Shown piece after piece: positions 1 through 12,240 of a stretch of DNA of 64,000 nt. The notes beneath the pieces are model-generated. The model worked only from the letters and a program-made list of their open reading frames with translations. It made no database searches and was not told the DNA's origin. A program made the translations under genes and the position numbers. The first letter of the stretch is position 1. Every line of letters starts with the position of its first letter. Source of the DNA: Macrostomum lignano (taxonomy: Eukaryota); assembly GCA_002269645.1 (NCBI GenBank), contig NIVC01000685.1, forward strand, positions 1 through 64,000. The letters are read 5' to 3'.

Positions 1-3000
1 TCCGGTCACGGCGATCTCCTCCTTGAATCGCACTCTGCTCTCGTTGTAGCTCGTCTCTCTGAAGCAACCGCTTCCCGTCACGGCGATCTCCTCCTTGAAT
101 CGCACTCTGCTCTCGTTGTAGCTCGTCTCTCTGAAGCAACCGCTTCGCGTCACGGCGATCTCCTCCTTGAATCGCACTCTGCTCTCGTTGTAGCTCGTCT
201 CTCTGAAGCAACCACTTCCGGTCACGGCGATCTCCTCCTTGCACTGCACTCTGCTCTCGTTGTAGCCTCGTCTCTCTGAAGCAACGCTTCCGGTCACGGC
301 GATCTCCTCCTTGAACTGCACTCTGCTCTCGTGTAGCTCGTCTCTCTGAAGCAACCGCTTCCGCGTCACGGCGATCTCCTCCTTGAATCGCACTCTGCTC
401 TCGTTGTAGCTCGTCTCTCTGAAGCAACCGCTTCCGGTCACGGCGATCTCCTCCTTGAATCGCACTCTGCTCTCGTTGTAGCTCGTCTCTCTGAAGCAAC
501 CGCTTCCAGTCACGGCGATCTCCTCCTTGAATCGCACTCTGCTCTCGTTGAGACTCATTTCTCTGAAGCAACCGCTTCCGGTCACGGCGATCTCCTCCTT
601 GAATCGCACTCTGCTCTCGTTGTAGCTCGTCTCTCTGAAGCAACCGCTTCCGGTCACGGCGATCTCCTCCTTGAACTGCACTCTGCTCTCGTTGTAGCTC
701 GTCTCTCTGAAGCAACCGCTTCGGTCACGGCGATCTCCTCCTTGAACTGCACTCTGCTTTCATTGAGACTCATCTCTCTGAAGCAACCGCTTCCGGTCAC
801 GGCGATCTCCTCCTTGAATCGCACTCTGCTCTCGTTGTAGCTCGTCTCTCTGAAGCAACCACTTCCGGTCACGGCGATCTCCTCCTTGAACTGCACTCTG
901 CTTTCATTGAGACTCATCTCTCTGAAGCAACCGCTTCCGGTCACGGCGATCTCCTCCTTGAATCGCACTCTGCTCTCGTTGTAGCTCGTCTCTCTGAAGC
1001 AACCGCTTCCGGTCACGGCGATCTCCTCCTTGAATCGCACTCTGCTCTCGTTGTAGCTCGTCTCTCTGAAGCAACCGCTTCGGTCACGGCGATCTCCTCC
1101 TTGAATCGCACTCTGCTCTCGTTGTAGCTCGTCTCTCTGAAGCAACCGCTTCCAGTCACGGCGATCTCCTCCTTGAACTGCACTCTGCTCTCGTTGAGAC
1201 TCATTTCTCTGAAGCAACCGCTTCCGGTCACGGCGATCTCCTCCTTGAATCGCACTCTGCTCTCGTTGTAGCTCGTCTCTCTGAAGCAACCGCTTCTGGT
1301 CACGGCGATCTCCTCCTTGAACTGCACTCTGCTTTCATTGAGACTCATTTCTCTGAAGCAACCGCTTCCGGTCACGGCGATCTCCTCTTTGAATCGCACT
1401 CTGCTCTCGTTGTAGCTCGTCTCTCTGAAGCAACCGCTTCCGGTCACGGCGATCTCCTCCTTGAATCGCACTCTACTCTCGTTGTAGCTCGTCTCTCTGA
1501 AGCAACCGCTTCCGGTCACGGCGATCTCCTCCTTGAACTGCACTCTGCTTTCATTGAGACTCATTTCTCTGAAGCAACCGCTTCCGGTCACGGCGATCTC
1601 CTCCTTGAATCGCACTCTGCTCTCGTTGTAGCTCGTCTCTCTGAAGCAACGCTTCCGGTCACGGCGATCTCCTCCTTGAATCGCACTCTGCTCTCGTTGT
1701 AGCTCGTCTCTCTGAAGCAACCGCTTCCGGTCACGGCGATCTCCTCCTTGAATCGCACTCTGCTCTCGTTGTAGCTCGTCTCTCTGAAGCAACCGCTTCC
1801 GGTCACGGCGATCTCCTCCTTGAATCGCACTCTGCTCTCGTTGTAGCTCGTCTCTCTGAAGCAACCGCTTCCGGTCACGGCGATCTCTCCTTGCACTGCA
1901 CTCTGCTCTCGTTGTAGCTCGTCTCTCTGAAGCAACCACTTCCGGTCACGGCGATCTCCTCCTTGAATCGCACTCTGCTCTCGTTGAGACTCATTTCTCT
2001 GAAGCAGCCGCTTCCGGTCACGGCGATCTCCTCCTTGAACTGCACTCTGCTCTCGTTGAGACTCATTTCTCTGAAGCAGCCGCTTCCGGTCACGGCGATC
2101 TCTTCTTTAAAGTGCACTCGGCTTTCGCTTAGTTGTGTCTCTTTGCAGCAGCCGGTGGTGCTGACAGAAACAGTTTGACCGTGCTGCATGCTGCTTTCGA
2201 TAGTTGCGGTTTCTCTGCAACTGGACGTGCTTGTTACTTCAAGGATTTGTTGTATGGATACTCTGCTGTTTTGCTGTTGTATTTCCTTACAAGCTTCCGT
2301 ACATGCAACTTCTACGAATGTTTGCGTCTCAACACTTGGTCTACTCTGCTTATGAAGCTTTTTAGCATGCTTCACCTGAACATATTCGTCATTGTCCGTT
2401 TCTGCATCCTGCACTTTAATTTCTAAACTGGCATGGGTAGCCGACAGGACCACCTCATCGACAGCAACGACATTGGCAGAGATAAAATCCAGCTCAAAAC
2501 AGAAGCCACTTCCAGTCACAGGGATCTCCTCCTTGAATCGCACTCTGCTCTCGTTGTAGCTTGTCTCTCTGAAGCAACCACTTCCGGTCACGGCGATCTC
2601 CTCCTTGAACTGCACTCTGCTTTCATTGAGACTCATTTCTCTGAAGCAACCGCTTCCGGTCACGGCGATCTCCTCCTTGAATCGCACTCTGCTCTCGTTG
2701 TAGCTCGTCTCTCTGAAGCAACCGCTTCCGGTCACGGCGATCTCCTCCTTGAATCGCACTCTGCTCTCGTTGTAGCTCGTCTCTCTGAAGCAACCGCTTC
2801 CGGTCACGGCGATCTCCTCCTTGAATCGCACTCTGCTCTCGTGTAGCTCGTCTCTCTGAAGCAACCGCTTCCGTCACGGCGATCTCCTCCTTGAATCGCA
2901 CTCTGCTCTCGTTGTAGCTCGTCTCTCTGAAGCAACCGCTTCCGGTCACGGCGATCTCCTCCTTGAATCGCACTCTGCTCTCGTTGTAGCTCGTCTCTCT

Positions 3001-6000
3001 GAAGCAACCACTTCCGGTCACGGCGATCTCCTCCTTGAACTGCACTCTGCTTTCATTGAGACTCATCTCTCTGAAGCAACCGCTTCCAGTCACGGCGATC
3101 TCCTCCTTGAACTGCACTCTGCTTTCATTGAGACTCATTTCTCTGAAGCAACCGCTTCCGGTCACGGCGATCTCCTCTTTGAATCGCACTCTGCTCTCGT
3201 TGTAGCTCGTCTCTCTGAAGCAACCGCTTCCGGTCACGGCGATCTCCTCCTTGAATCGCACTCTACTCTCGTTGTAGCTCGTCTCTCTGAAGCAACCGCT
3301 TCCGGTCACGGCGATCTCCTCCTTGAACTGCACTCTGCTTTCATTGAGACTCATTTCTCTGAAGCAACCGCTTCCGGTCACGGCGATCTCCTCCTTGAAT
3401 CGCACTCTGCTCTCGTTGTAGCTCGTCTCTCTGAAGCAACCGCTTCCGGTCACGGCGATCTCCTCCTTGAATCGCACTCTGCTCTCGTTGTAGCTCGTCT
3501 CTCTGAAGCAACCGCTTCCGGTCACGGCGATCTCCTCCTTGAATCGCACTCTGCTCTCGTTGTAGCTCGTCTCTCTGAAGCAACCGCTTCCGGTCACGGC
3601 GATCTCCTCCTTGAACGCACTCTGCTTTCGTTGAGACTCATTTCTCTGAAGCAACCGCTTCCGGTCACGGCGATCTCCTCCTTGAATCGCACTCTGCTCT
3701 CGTTGTAGCTCGTCTCTCTGAAGCAACCACTTCCGGTCACGGCGATCTCCTCCTTGAACTGCACTCTGCTTTCATTGAGACTCATCTCTCTGAAGCAACC
3801 GCTTCCGGTCACGGCGATCTCCTCCTTGAACTGCACTCTGCTTTCATTGAGACTCATCTCTCTGAAGCAACGCTTCCGGTCACGGCGATCTCCTCCTTGA
3901 ACTGCACTCTGCTCTCGTTGTAGCTCGTCTCTCTGAAGCAACCGCTTCCGGTCACGGCGATCTCCTCTTTGAATCGCACTCTGCTCTCGTTGTAGCTCGT
4001 CTCTCTGAAGCAACCGCTTCCGGTCACGGCGATCTCCTCCTTGAATCGCACTCTACTCTCGTTGTAGCTCGTCTCTCTGAAGCAACCGCTTCCGGTCACG
4101 GCGATCTCCTCCTTGAACTGCACTCTGCTTTCATTGAGACTCATTTCTCTGAAGCAACCGCTTCCGGTCACGGCGATCTCCTCCTTGAATCGCACTCTGC
4201 TCTCGTTGTAGCTCGTCTCTCTGAAGCAACCGCTTCCGGTCACGGCGATCTCCTCCTTGAATCGCACTCTGCTCTCGTTGTAGCTCGTCTCTCTGAAGCA
4301 ACCGCTTCCGGTCACGGCGATCTCCTCCTTGAATCGCACTCTGCTCTCGTTGTAGCTCGTCTCTCTGAAGCAACCGCTTCCGGTCACGGCGATCTCCTCC
4401 TTGAACTGCACTCTGCTTTCGTTGAGACTCATTTCTCTGAAGCAACCGCTTCCGGTCACGGCGATCTCCTCCTTGAATCGCACTCTGCTCTCGTTGTAGC
4501 TCGTCTCTCTGAAGCAACCACTTCCGGTCACGGCGATCTCCTCCTTGAACTGCACTCTGCTTTCATTGAGACTCATCTCTCTGAAGCAACCGCTTCCGGT
4601 CACGGCGATCTCCTCCTTGAACTGCACTCTGCTTTCATTGAGACTCATCTCTCTGAAGCAACCGCTTCCGGTCACGGCGATCTCCTCCTTGAACTGCACT
4701 CTGCTCTCGTTGTAGCTCGTCTCCCTGAAGCAACCGCTTCCGGTCACGGCGATCTCCTCCTTGAACTGCACTCTGCTTTCATTGAGACTCATCTCCCTGA
4801 AGCAACCGCTTCCGGTCACGGCGATCTCCTCCTTGAATCGCACTCTGCTCTCGTTGTAGCTCGTCTCTCTGAAGCAACCGCTTCCGGTCACGGCGATCTC
4901 CTCCTTGAATCGCACTCTGCTCTCGTTGTAGCTCGTCTCTCTGAAGCAACCGCTTCCGGTCACGGCGATCTCCTCCTTGAATCGCACTCTGCTCTCGTTG
5001 TAGCTCGTCTCTCTGAAGCAACCGCTTCCGGTCACGGCGATCTCTTCCTTGCACTGCATTCTGCTCTCGTTGTAGCTCGTTTCTCTGAAGCAACCGCTTC
5101 CGGTCACGGCGATCTCCTCCTTGAACTGCACTCTGCTTTCATTGATACTCATTTCTCTGAAGCAACCGCTTCCGGTCACGGCGATCTCCTCCTTGAATCG
5201 CACTCTGCTCTCGTTGTAGCTCGTCTCTCTGAAGCAACCGCTTCCGGTCACGGCGATCTCCTCCTTGAATCGCACTCTGCTCTCGTTGTAGCTCGTCTCT
5301 CTGAAGCAACCGCTTCCGGTCACGGCGATCTCCTCCTTGCACTGCACTCTGCTCTCGTTGTAGCTCGTCTCTCTGAAGCAACCGCTTCCGTCACGGCGAT
5401 CTCCTCCTTGAATCGCACTCTGCTCTCGTTGAGACTCATTTCTCTGAAGCAGCCGCTTCCGGTCACGGCGATCTCCTCCTTGAACTGCACTCTGCTCTCG
5501 TTGAGACTCATTTCTCTGAAGCAGCCGCTTCCGCGTCACGGCGATCTCTTCTTTAAAGTGCACTCGGCTTTCGCTTAGTTGTGTCTCTTTGCAGCAGCCG
5601 GTGGTGCTGACAGAAACAGTTTGACCGTGCTGCATGCTGCTTTCGATAGTTGCGGTTTCTCTGCAACTGGACGTGCTTGTTACTTCAAGGATTTGTTGTA
5701 TGGATACTCTGCTGTTTTGCTGTTGTATTTCCTTACAAGCTTCCGTACATGCAACATCTACGAATGTTTGCGTCTCAACACTTGGTCTACTCTGCTTATG
5801 AAGCTTTTTAGCATGCTTCACCTGAACATATTCGTCATTGTCCGTTTCTGCATCCTGCACTTTAATTTCTAAACTGGCATGGGTAGCCGACAGGACCACC
5901 TCATCGACAGCAACGACATTGGCAGAGATAAAATCCAGCTCAAAACAGAAGCCACTTCCAGTCACAGGGATCTCCTCCTTGAATCGCACTCTGCTCTCGT

Positions 6001-9000
6001 TGTAGCTTGTCTCTCTGAAGCAACCACTTCCGGTCACGGCGATCTCCTCCTTGAACTGCACTCTGCTTTCATTGAGACTCATTTCTCTGAAGCAACCGCT
6101 TCGGTCACGGCGATCTCCTCCTTGAATCGCACTCTGCTCTCGTTGTAGCTCGTCTCTCTGAAGCAACCGCTTCCGGTCACGGCGATCTCCTCCTTGAATC
6201 GCACTCTGCTCTCGTTGTAGCTCGTCTCTCTGAAGCAACCGCTTCCGGTCACGGCGATCTCCTCCTTGAATCGCACTCTGCTCTCGTTGTAGCTCGTCTC
6301 TCTGAAGCAACCGCTTCCGGTCACGGCGATCTCCTCCTTGAATCGCACTCTGCTCTCGTTGTAGCTCGTCTCTCTGAAGCAACCGCTTCCGGTCACGGCG
6401 ATCTCCTCCTTGAATCGCACTCTGCTCTCGTTGTAGCTCGTCTCTCTGAAGCAACCACTTCCGGTCACGGCGATCTCCTCCTTGAACTGCACTCTGCTTT
6501 CATTGAGACTCATCTCTCTGAAGCAACCGCTTCCAGTCACGGCGATCTCCTCCTTGAACTGCACTCTGCTTTCATTGAGACTCATTTCTCTGAAGCAACC
6601 GCTTCCGGTCACGGCGATCTCCTCTTTGAATCGCACTCTGCTCTCGTTGTAGCTCGTCTCTCTGAAGCAACCGCTTCCGGTCACGGCGATCTCCTCCTTG
6701 AATCGCACTCTACTCTCGTTGTAGCTCGTCTCTCTGAAGCAACCGCTTCCGGTCACGGCGATCTCCTCCTTGAATCGCACTCTGCTCTCGTTGTAGCTCG
6801 TCTCTCTGAAGCAACCGCTTCCGGTCACGGCGATCTCCTCCTTGAATCGCACTCTGCTCTCGTTGTAGCTCGTCTCTCTGAAGCAACCGCTTCCGGTCAC
6901 GGCGATCTCCTCCTTGAACTGCACTCTGCTTTCGTTGAGACTCATTTCTCTGAAGCAACCGCTTCCGGTCACGGCGATCTCCTCCTTGAATCGCACTCTG
7001 CTCTCGTTGTAGCTCGTCTCTCTGAAGCAACCACTTCCGGTCACGGCGATCTCCTCCTTGAACTGCACTCTGCTTTCATTGAGACTCATCTCTCTGAAGC
7101 AACCGCTTCCGGTCACGGCGATCTCCTCCTTGAACTGCACTCTGCTTTCATTGAGACTCATCTCTCTGAAGCAACCGCTTCCGGTCACGGCGATCTCCTC
7201 CTTGAACTGCACTCTGCTCTCGTTGTAGCTCGTCTCCCTGAAGCAACCGCTTCCGGTCACGGCGATCTCCTCCTTGAACTGCACTCTGCTTTCATTGAGA
7301 CTCATCTCCCTGAAGCAACCGCTTCCGGTCACGGCGATCTCCTCCTTGAATCGCACTCTGCTCTCGTTGTAGCTCGTCTCTCTGAAGCAACCGCTTCCGG
7401 TCACGGCGATCTCCTCCTTGAATCGCACTCTGCTCTCGTTGTAGCTCGTCTCTCTGAAGCAACCGCTTCCGGTCACGGCGATCTCCTCCTTGAATCGCAC
7501 TCTGCTCTCGTTGTAGCTCGTCTCTCTGAAGCAACCGCTTCCGGTCACGGCGATCTCTTCCTTGCACTGCATTCTGCTCTCGTTGTAGCTCGTTTCTCTG
7601 AAGCAACCGCTTCCGGTCACGGCGATCTCCTCCTTGAACTGCACTCTGCTTTCATTGATACTCATTTCTCTGAAGCAACCGCTTCCGGTCACGGCGATCT
7701 CCTCCTTGAATCGCACTCTGCTCTCGTTGTAGCTCGTCTCTCTGAAGCAACCGCTTCCGGTCACGGCGATCTCCTCCTTGAATCGCACTCTGCTCTCGTT
7801 GTAGCTCGTCTCTCTGAAGCAACCGCTTCCGGTCACGGCGATCTCCTCCTTGCACTGCACTCTGCTCTCGTTGTAGCTCGTCTCTCTGAAGCAACCGCTT
7901 CCGGTCACGGCGATCTCCTCCTTGAATCGCACTCTGCTCTCGTTGAGACTCATTTCTCTGAAGCAGCCGCTTCCGGTCACGGCGATCTCCTCCTTGAACT
8001 GCACTCTGCTCTCGTTGAGACTCATTTCTCTGAAGCAGCCGCTTCCGGTCACGGCGATCTCTTCTTTAAAGTGCACTCGGCTTTCGCTTAGTTGTGTCTC
8101 TTTGCAGCAGCCGGTGGTGCTGACAGAAACAGTTTGACCGTGCTGCATGCTGCTTTCGATAGTTGCGGTTTCTCTGCAACTGGACGTGCTTGTTACTTCA
8201 AGGATTTGTTGTATGGATACTCTGCTGTTTTGCTGTTGTATTTCCTTACAAGCTTCCGTACATGCAACTTCTACGAATGTTTGCGTCTCAACACTTGGTC
8301 TACTCTGCTTATGAAGCTTTTTAGCATGCTTCACCTGAACATATTCGTCATTGTCCGTTTCTGCATCCTGCACTTTAATTTCTAAACTGGCATGGGTAGC
8401 CGACAGGACCACCTCATCGACAGCAACGACATTGGCAGAGATAAAATCCAGCTCAAAACAGAAGCCACTTCCAGTCACAGGGATCTCCTCCTTGAATCGC
8501 ACTCTGCTCTCGTTGTAGCTTGTCTCTCTGAAGCAACCACTTCCGGTCACGGCGATCTCCTCCTTGAACTGCACTCTGCTTTCATTGAGACTCATTTCTC
8601 TGAAGCAACCGCTTCCGGTCACGGCGATCTCCTCCTTGAATCGCACTCTGCTCTCGTTGTAGCTCGTCTCTCTGAAGCAACCGCTTCCGGTCACGGCGAT
8701 CTCCTCCTTGAATCGCACTCTGCTCTCGTTGTAGCTCGTCTCTCTGAAGCAACCGCTTCCGGTCACGGCGATCTCCTCCTTGAATCGCACTCTGCTCTCG
8801 TTGTAGCTCGTCTCTCTGAAGCAACCGCTTCCGGTCACGGCGATCTCCTCCTTGAATCGCACTCTGCTCTCGTTGTAGCTCGTCTCTCTGAAGCAACCGC
8901 TTCCGGTCACGGCGATCTCCTCCTTGAATCGCACTCTGCTCTCGTTGTAGCTCGTCTCTCTGAAGCAACCACTTCCGGTCACGGCGATCTCCTCCTTGAA

Positions 9001-12000
9001 CTGCACTCTGCTTTCATTGAGACTCATCTCTCTGAAGCAACCGCTTCCAGTCACGGCGATCTCCTCCTTGAACTGCACTCTGCTTTCATTGAGACTCATT
9101 TCTCTGAAGCAACCGCTTCCGGTCACGGCGATCTCCTCTTTGAATCGCACTCTGCTCTCGTTGTAGCTCGTCTCTCTGAAGCAACCGCTTCCGGTCACGG
9201 CGATCTCCTCCTTGAATCGCACTCTACTCTCGTTGTAGCTCGTCTCTCTGAAGCAACCGCTTCCGGTCACGGCGATCTCCTCCTTGAACTGCACTCTGCT
9301 TTCATTGAGACTCATTTCTCTGAAGCAACCGCTTCCGGTCACGGCGATCTCCTCCTTGAATCGCACTCTGCTCTCGTTGTAGCTCGTCTCTCTGAAGCAA
9401 CCGCTTCCGGTCACGGCGATCTCCTCCTTGAATCGCACTCTGCTCTCGTTGTAGCTCGTCTCTCTGAAGCAACCGCTTCCGGTCACGGCGATCTCCTCCT
9501 TGAATCGCACTCTGCTCTCGTTGTAGCTCGTCTCTCTGAAGCAACCGCTTCCGGTCACGGCGATCTCCTCCTTGAACTGCACTCTGCTTTCGTTGAGACT
9601 CATTTCTCTGAAGCAACCGCTTCCGGTCACGGCGATCTCCTCCTTGAATCGCACTCTGCTCTCGTTGTAGCTCGTCTCTCTGAAGCAACCACTTCCGGTC
9701 ACGGCGATCTCCTCCTTGAACTGCACTCTGCTTTCATTGAGACTCATCTCTCTGAAGCAACCGCTTCCGGTCACGGCGATCTCCTCCTTGAACTGCACTC
9801 TGCTTTCATTGAGACTCATCTCTCTGAAGCAACCGCTTCCGGTCACGGCGATCTCCTCCTTGAACTGCACTCTGCTCTCGTTGTAGCTCGTCTCTCTGAA
9901 GCAACCGCTTCCGGTCACGGCGATCTCCTCTTTGAATCGCACTCTGCTCTCGTTGTAGCTCGTCTCTCTGAAGCAACCGCTTCCGGTCACGGCGATCTCC
10001 TCCTTGAATCGCACTCTACTCTCGTTGTAGCTCGTCTCTCTGAAGCAACCGCTTCCGGTCACGGCGATCTCCTCCTTGAACTGCACTCTGCTTTCATTGA
10101 GACTCATTTCTCTGAAGCAACCGCTTCCGGTCACGGCGATCTCCTCCTTGAATCGCACTCTGCTCTCGTTGTAGCTCGTCTCTCTGAAGCAACCGCTTCC
10201 GGTCACGGCGATCTCCTCCTTGAATCGCACTCTGCTCTCGTTGTAGCTCGTCTCTCTGAAGCAACCGCTTCCGGTCACGGCGATCTCCTCCTTGAATCGC
10301 ACTCTGCTCTCGTTGTAGCTCGTCTCTCTGAAGCAACCGCTTCCGGTCACGGCGATCTCCTCCTTGAACTGCACTCTGCTTTCGTTGAGACTCATTTCTC
10401 TGAAGCAACCGCTTCCGGTCACGGCGATCTCCTCCTTGAATCGCACTCTGCTCTCGTTGTAGCTCGTCTCTCTGAAGCAACCACTTCCGGTCACGGCGAT
10501 CTCCTCCTTGAACTGCACTCTGCTTTCATTGAGACTCATCTCTCTGAAGCAACCGCTTCCGGTCACGGCGATCTCCTCCTTGAACTGCACTCTGCTTTCA
10601 TTGAGACTCATCTCTCTGAAGCAACCGCTTCCGGTCACGGCGATCTCCTCCTTGAACTGCACTCTGCTCTCGTTGTAGCTCGTCTCCCTGAAGCAACCGC
10701 TTCCGGTCACGGCGATCTCCTCCTTGAACTGCACTCTGCTTTCATTGAGACTCATCTCCCTGAAGCAACCGCTTCCGGTCACGGCGATCTCCTCCTTGAA
10801 TCGCACTCTGCTCTCGTTGTAGCTCGTCTCTCTGAAGCAACCGCTTCCGGTCACGGCGATCTCCTCCTTGAACTGCACTCTGCTTTCATTGAGACTCATC
10901 TCTCTGAAGCAACCGCTTCCGGTCACGGCGATCTCCTCCTTGAATCGCACTCTGCTCTCGTTGTAGCTCGTCTCTCTGAAGCAACCGCTTCCGGTCACGG
11001 CGATCTCCTCCTTGAATCGCACTCTGCTCTCGTTGTAGCTCGTCTCTCTGAAGCAACCGCTTCCGGTCACGGCGATCTCCTCCTTGAATCGCACTCTGCT
11101 TTCATTGAGACTCATCTCTCTGAAGCAACCGCTTCCGGTCACGGCGATCTCCTCCTTGAATCGCACTCTGCTCTCGTTGTAGCTCGTCTCTCTGAAGCAA
11201 CCGCTTCCGGTCACGGCGATCTCCTCCTTGAATCGCACTCTGCTCTCGTTGTAGCTCGTCTCTCTGAAGCAACCGCTTCCGGTCACGGCGATCTCCTCCT
11301 TGAACTGCACTCTGCTCTCGTTGTAGCTCGTCTCTCTGAAGCAACCGCTTCCGGTCACGGCGATCTCCTCCTTGAACTGCACTCTGCTTTCATTGAGACT
11401 CATCTCTCTGAAGCAACCGCTTCCGGTCACGGCGATCTCCTCCTTGAATCGCACTCTGCTCTCGTTGTAGCTCGTCTCTCTGAAGCAACCGCTTCCGGTC
11501 ACGGCGATCTCCTCCTTGAACTGCACTCTGCTTTCATTGAGACTCATCTCTCTGAAGCAACCGCTTCCGGTCACGGCGATCTCCTCCTTGAATCGCACTC
11601 TGCTCTCGTTGTAGCTCGTCTCTCTGAAGCAACCGCTTCCGGTCACGGCGATCTCCTCCTTGAATCGCACTCTGCTCTCGTTGTAGCTCGTCTCTCTGAA
11701 GCAACCGCTTCCGGTCACGGCGATCTCCTCCTTGAATCGCACTCTGCTCTCGTTGTAGCTCGTCTCTCTGAAGCAACCGCTTCCGGTCACGGCGATCTCC
11801 TCCTTGAATCGCACTCTGCTCTCGTTGTAGCTCGTCTCTCTGAAGCAACCGCTTCCGGTCACGGCGATCTCCTCCTTGAACTGCACTCTGCTTTCATTGA
11901 GACTCATCTCTCTGAAGCAACCGCTTCCGGTCACGGCGATCTCCTCCTTGAATCGCACTCTGCTCTCGTTGTAGCTCGTCTCTCTGAAGCAACCGCTTCC

Positions 12001-12240
12001 GGTCACGGCGATCTCCTCCTTGAACTGCACTCTGCTTTCATTGAGACTCATTTCTCTGAAGCAACCGCTTCCGGTCACGGCGATCTCCTCCTTGAATCGC
12101 ACTCTGCTCTCGTTGTAGCTCGTCTCTCTGAAGCAACCGCTTCCGGTCACGGCGATCTCCTCCTTGAATCGCACTCTGCTCTCGTTGTAGCTCGTCTCTC
12201 TGAAGCAACCGCTTCCGGTCACGTCGATTTTGTCTTTGAA
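1..12240 (-). repeat. 72-bp coding tandem repeat, FKEEIAVTGSGCFRE(TSY/MSL)NESRV(R/Q), at least about 150 units in four arrays separated by three copies of a 426-bp linker
   Basis: Array 8497..12240 is exactly 52 x 72 bp. Linker copies lie at about 8071-8496, 5558-5983 and 2112-2537. The middle arrays hold about 29 and about 42 units. Confidence 0.97.
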
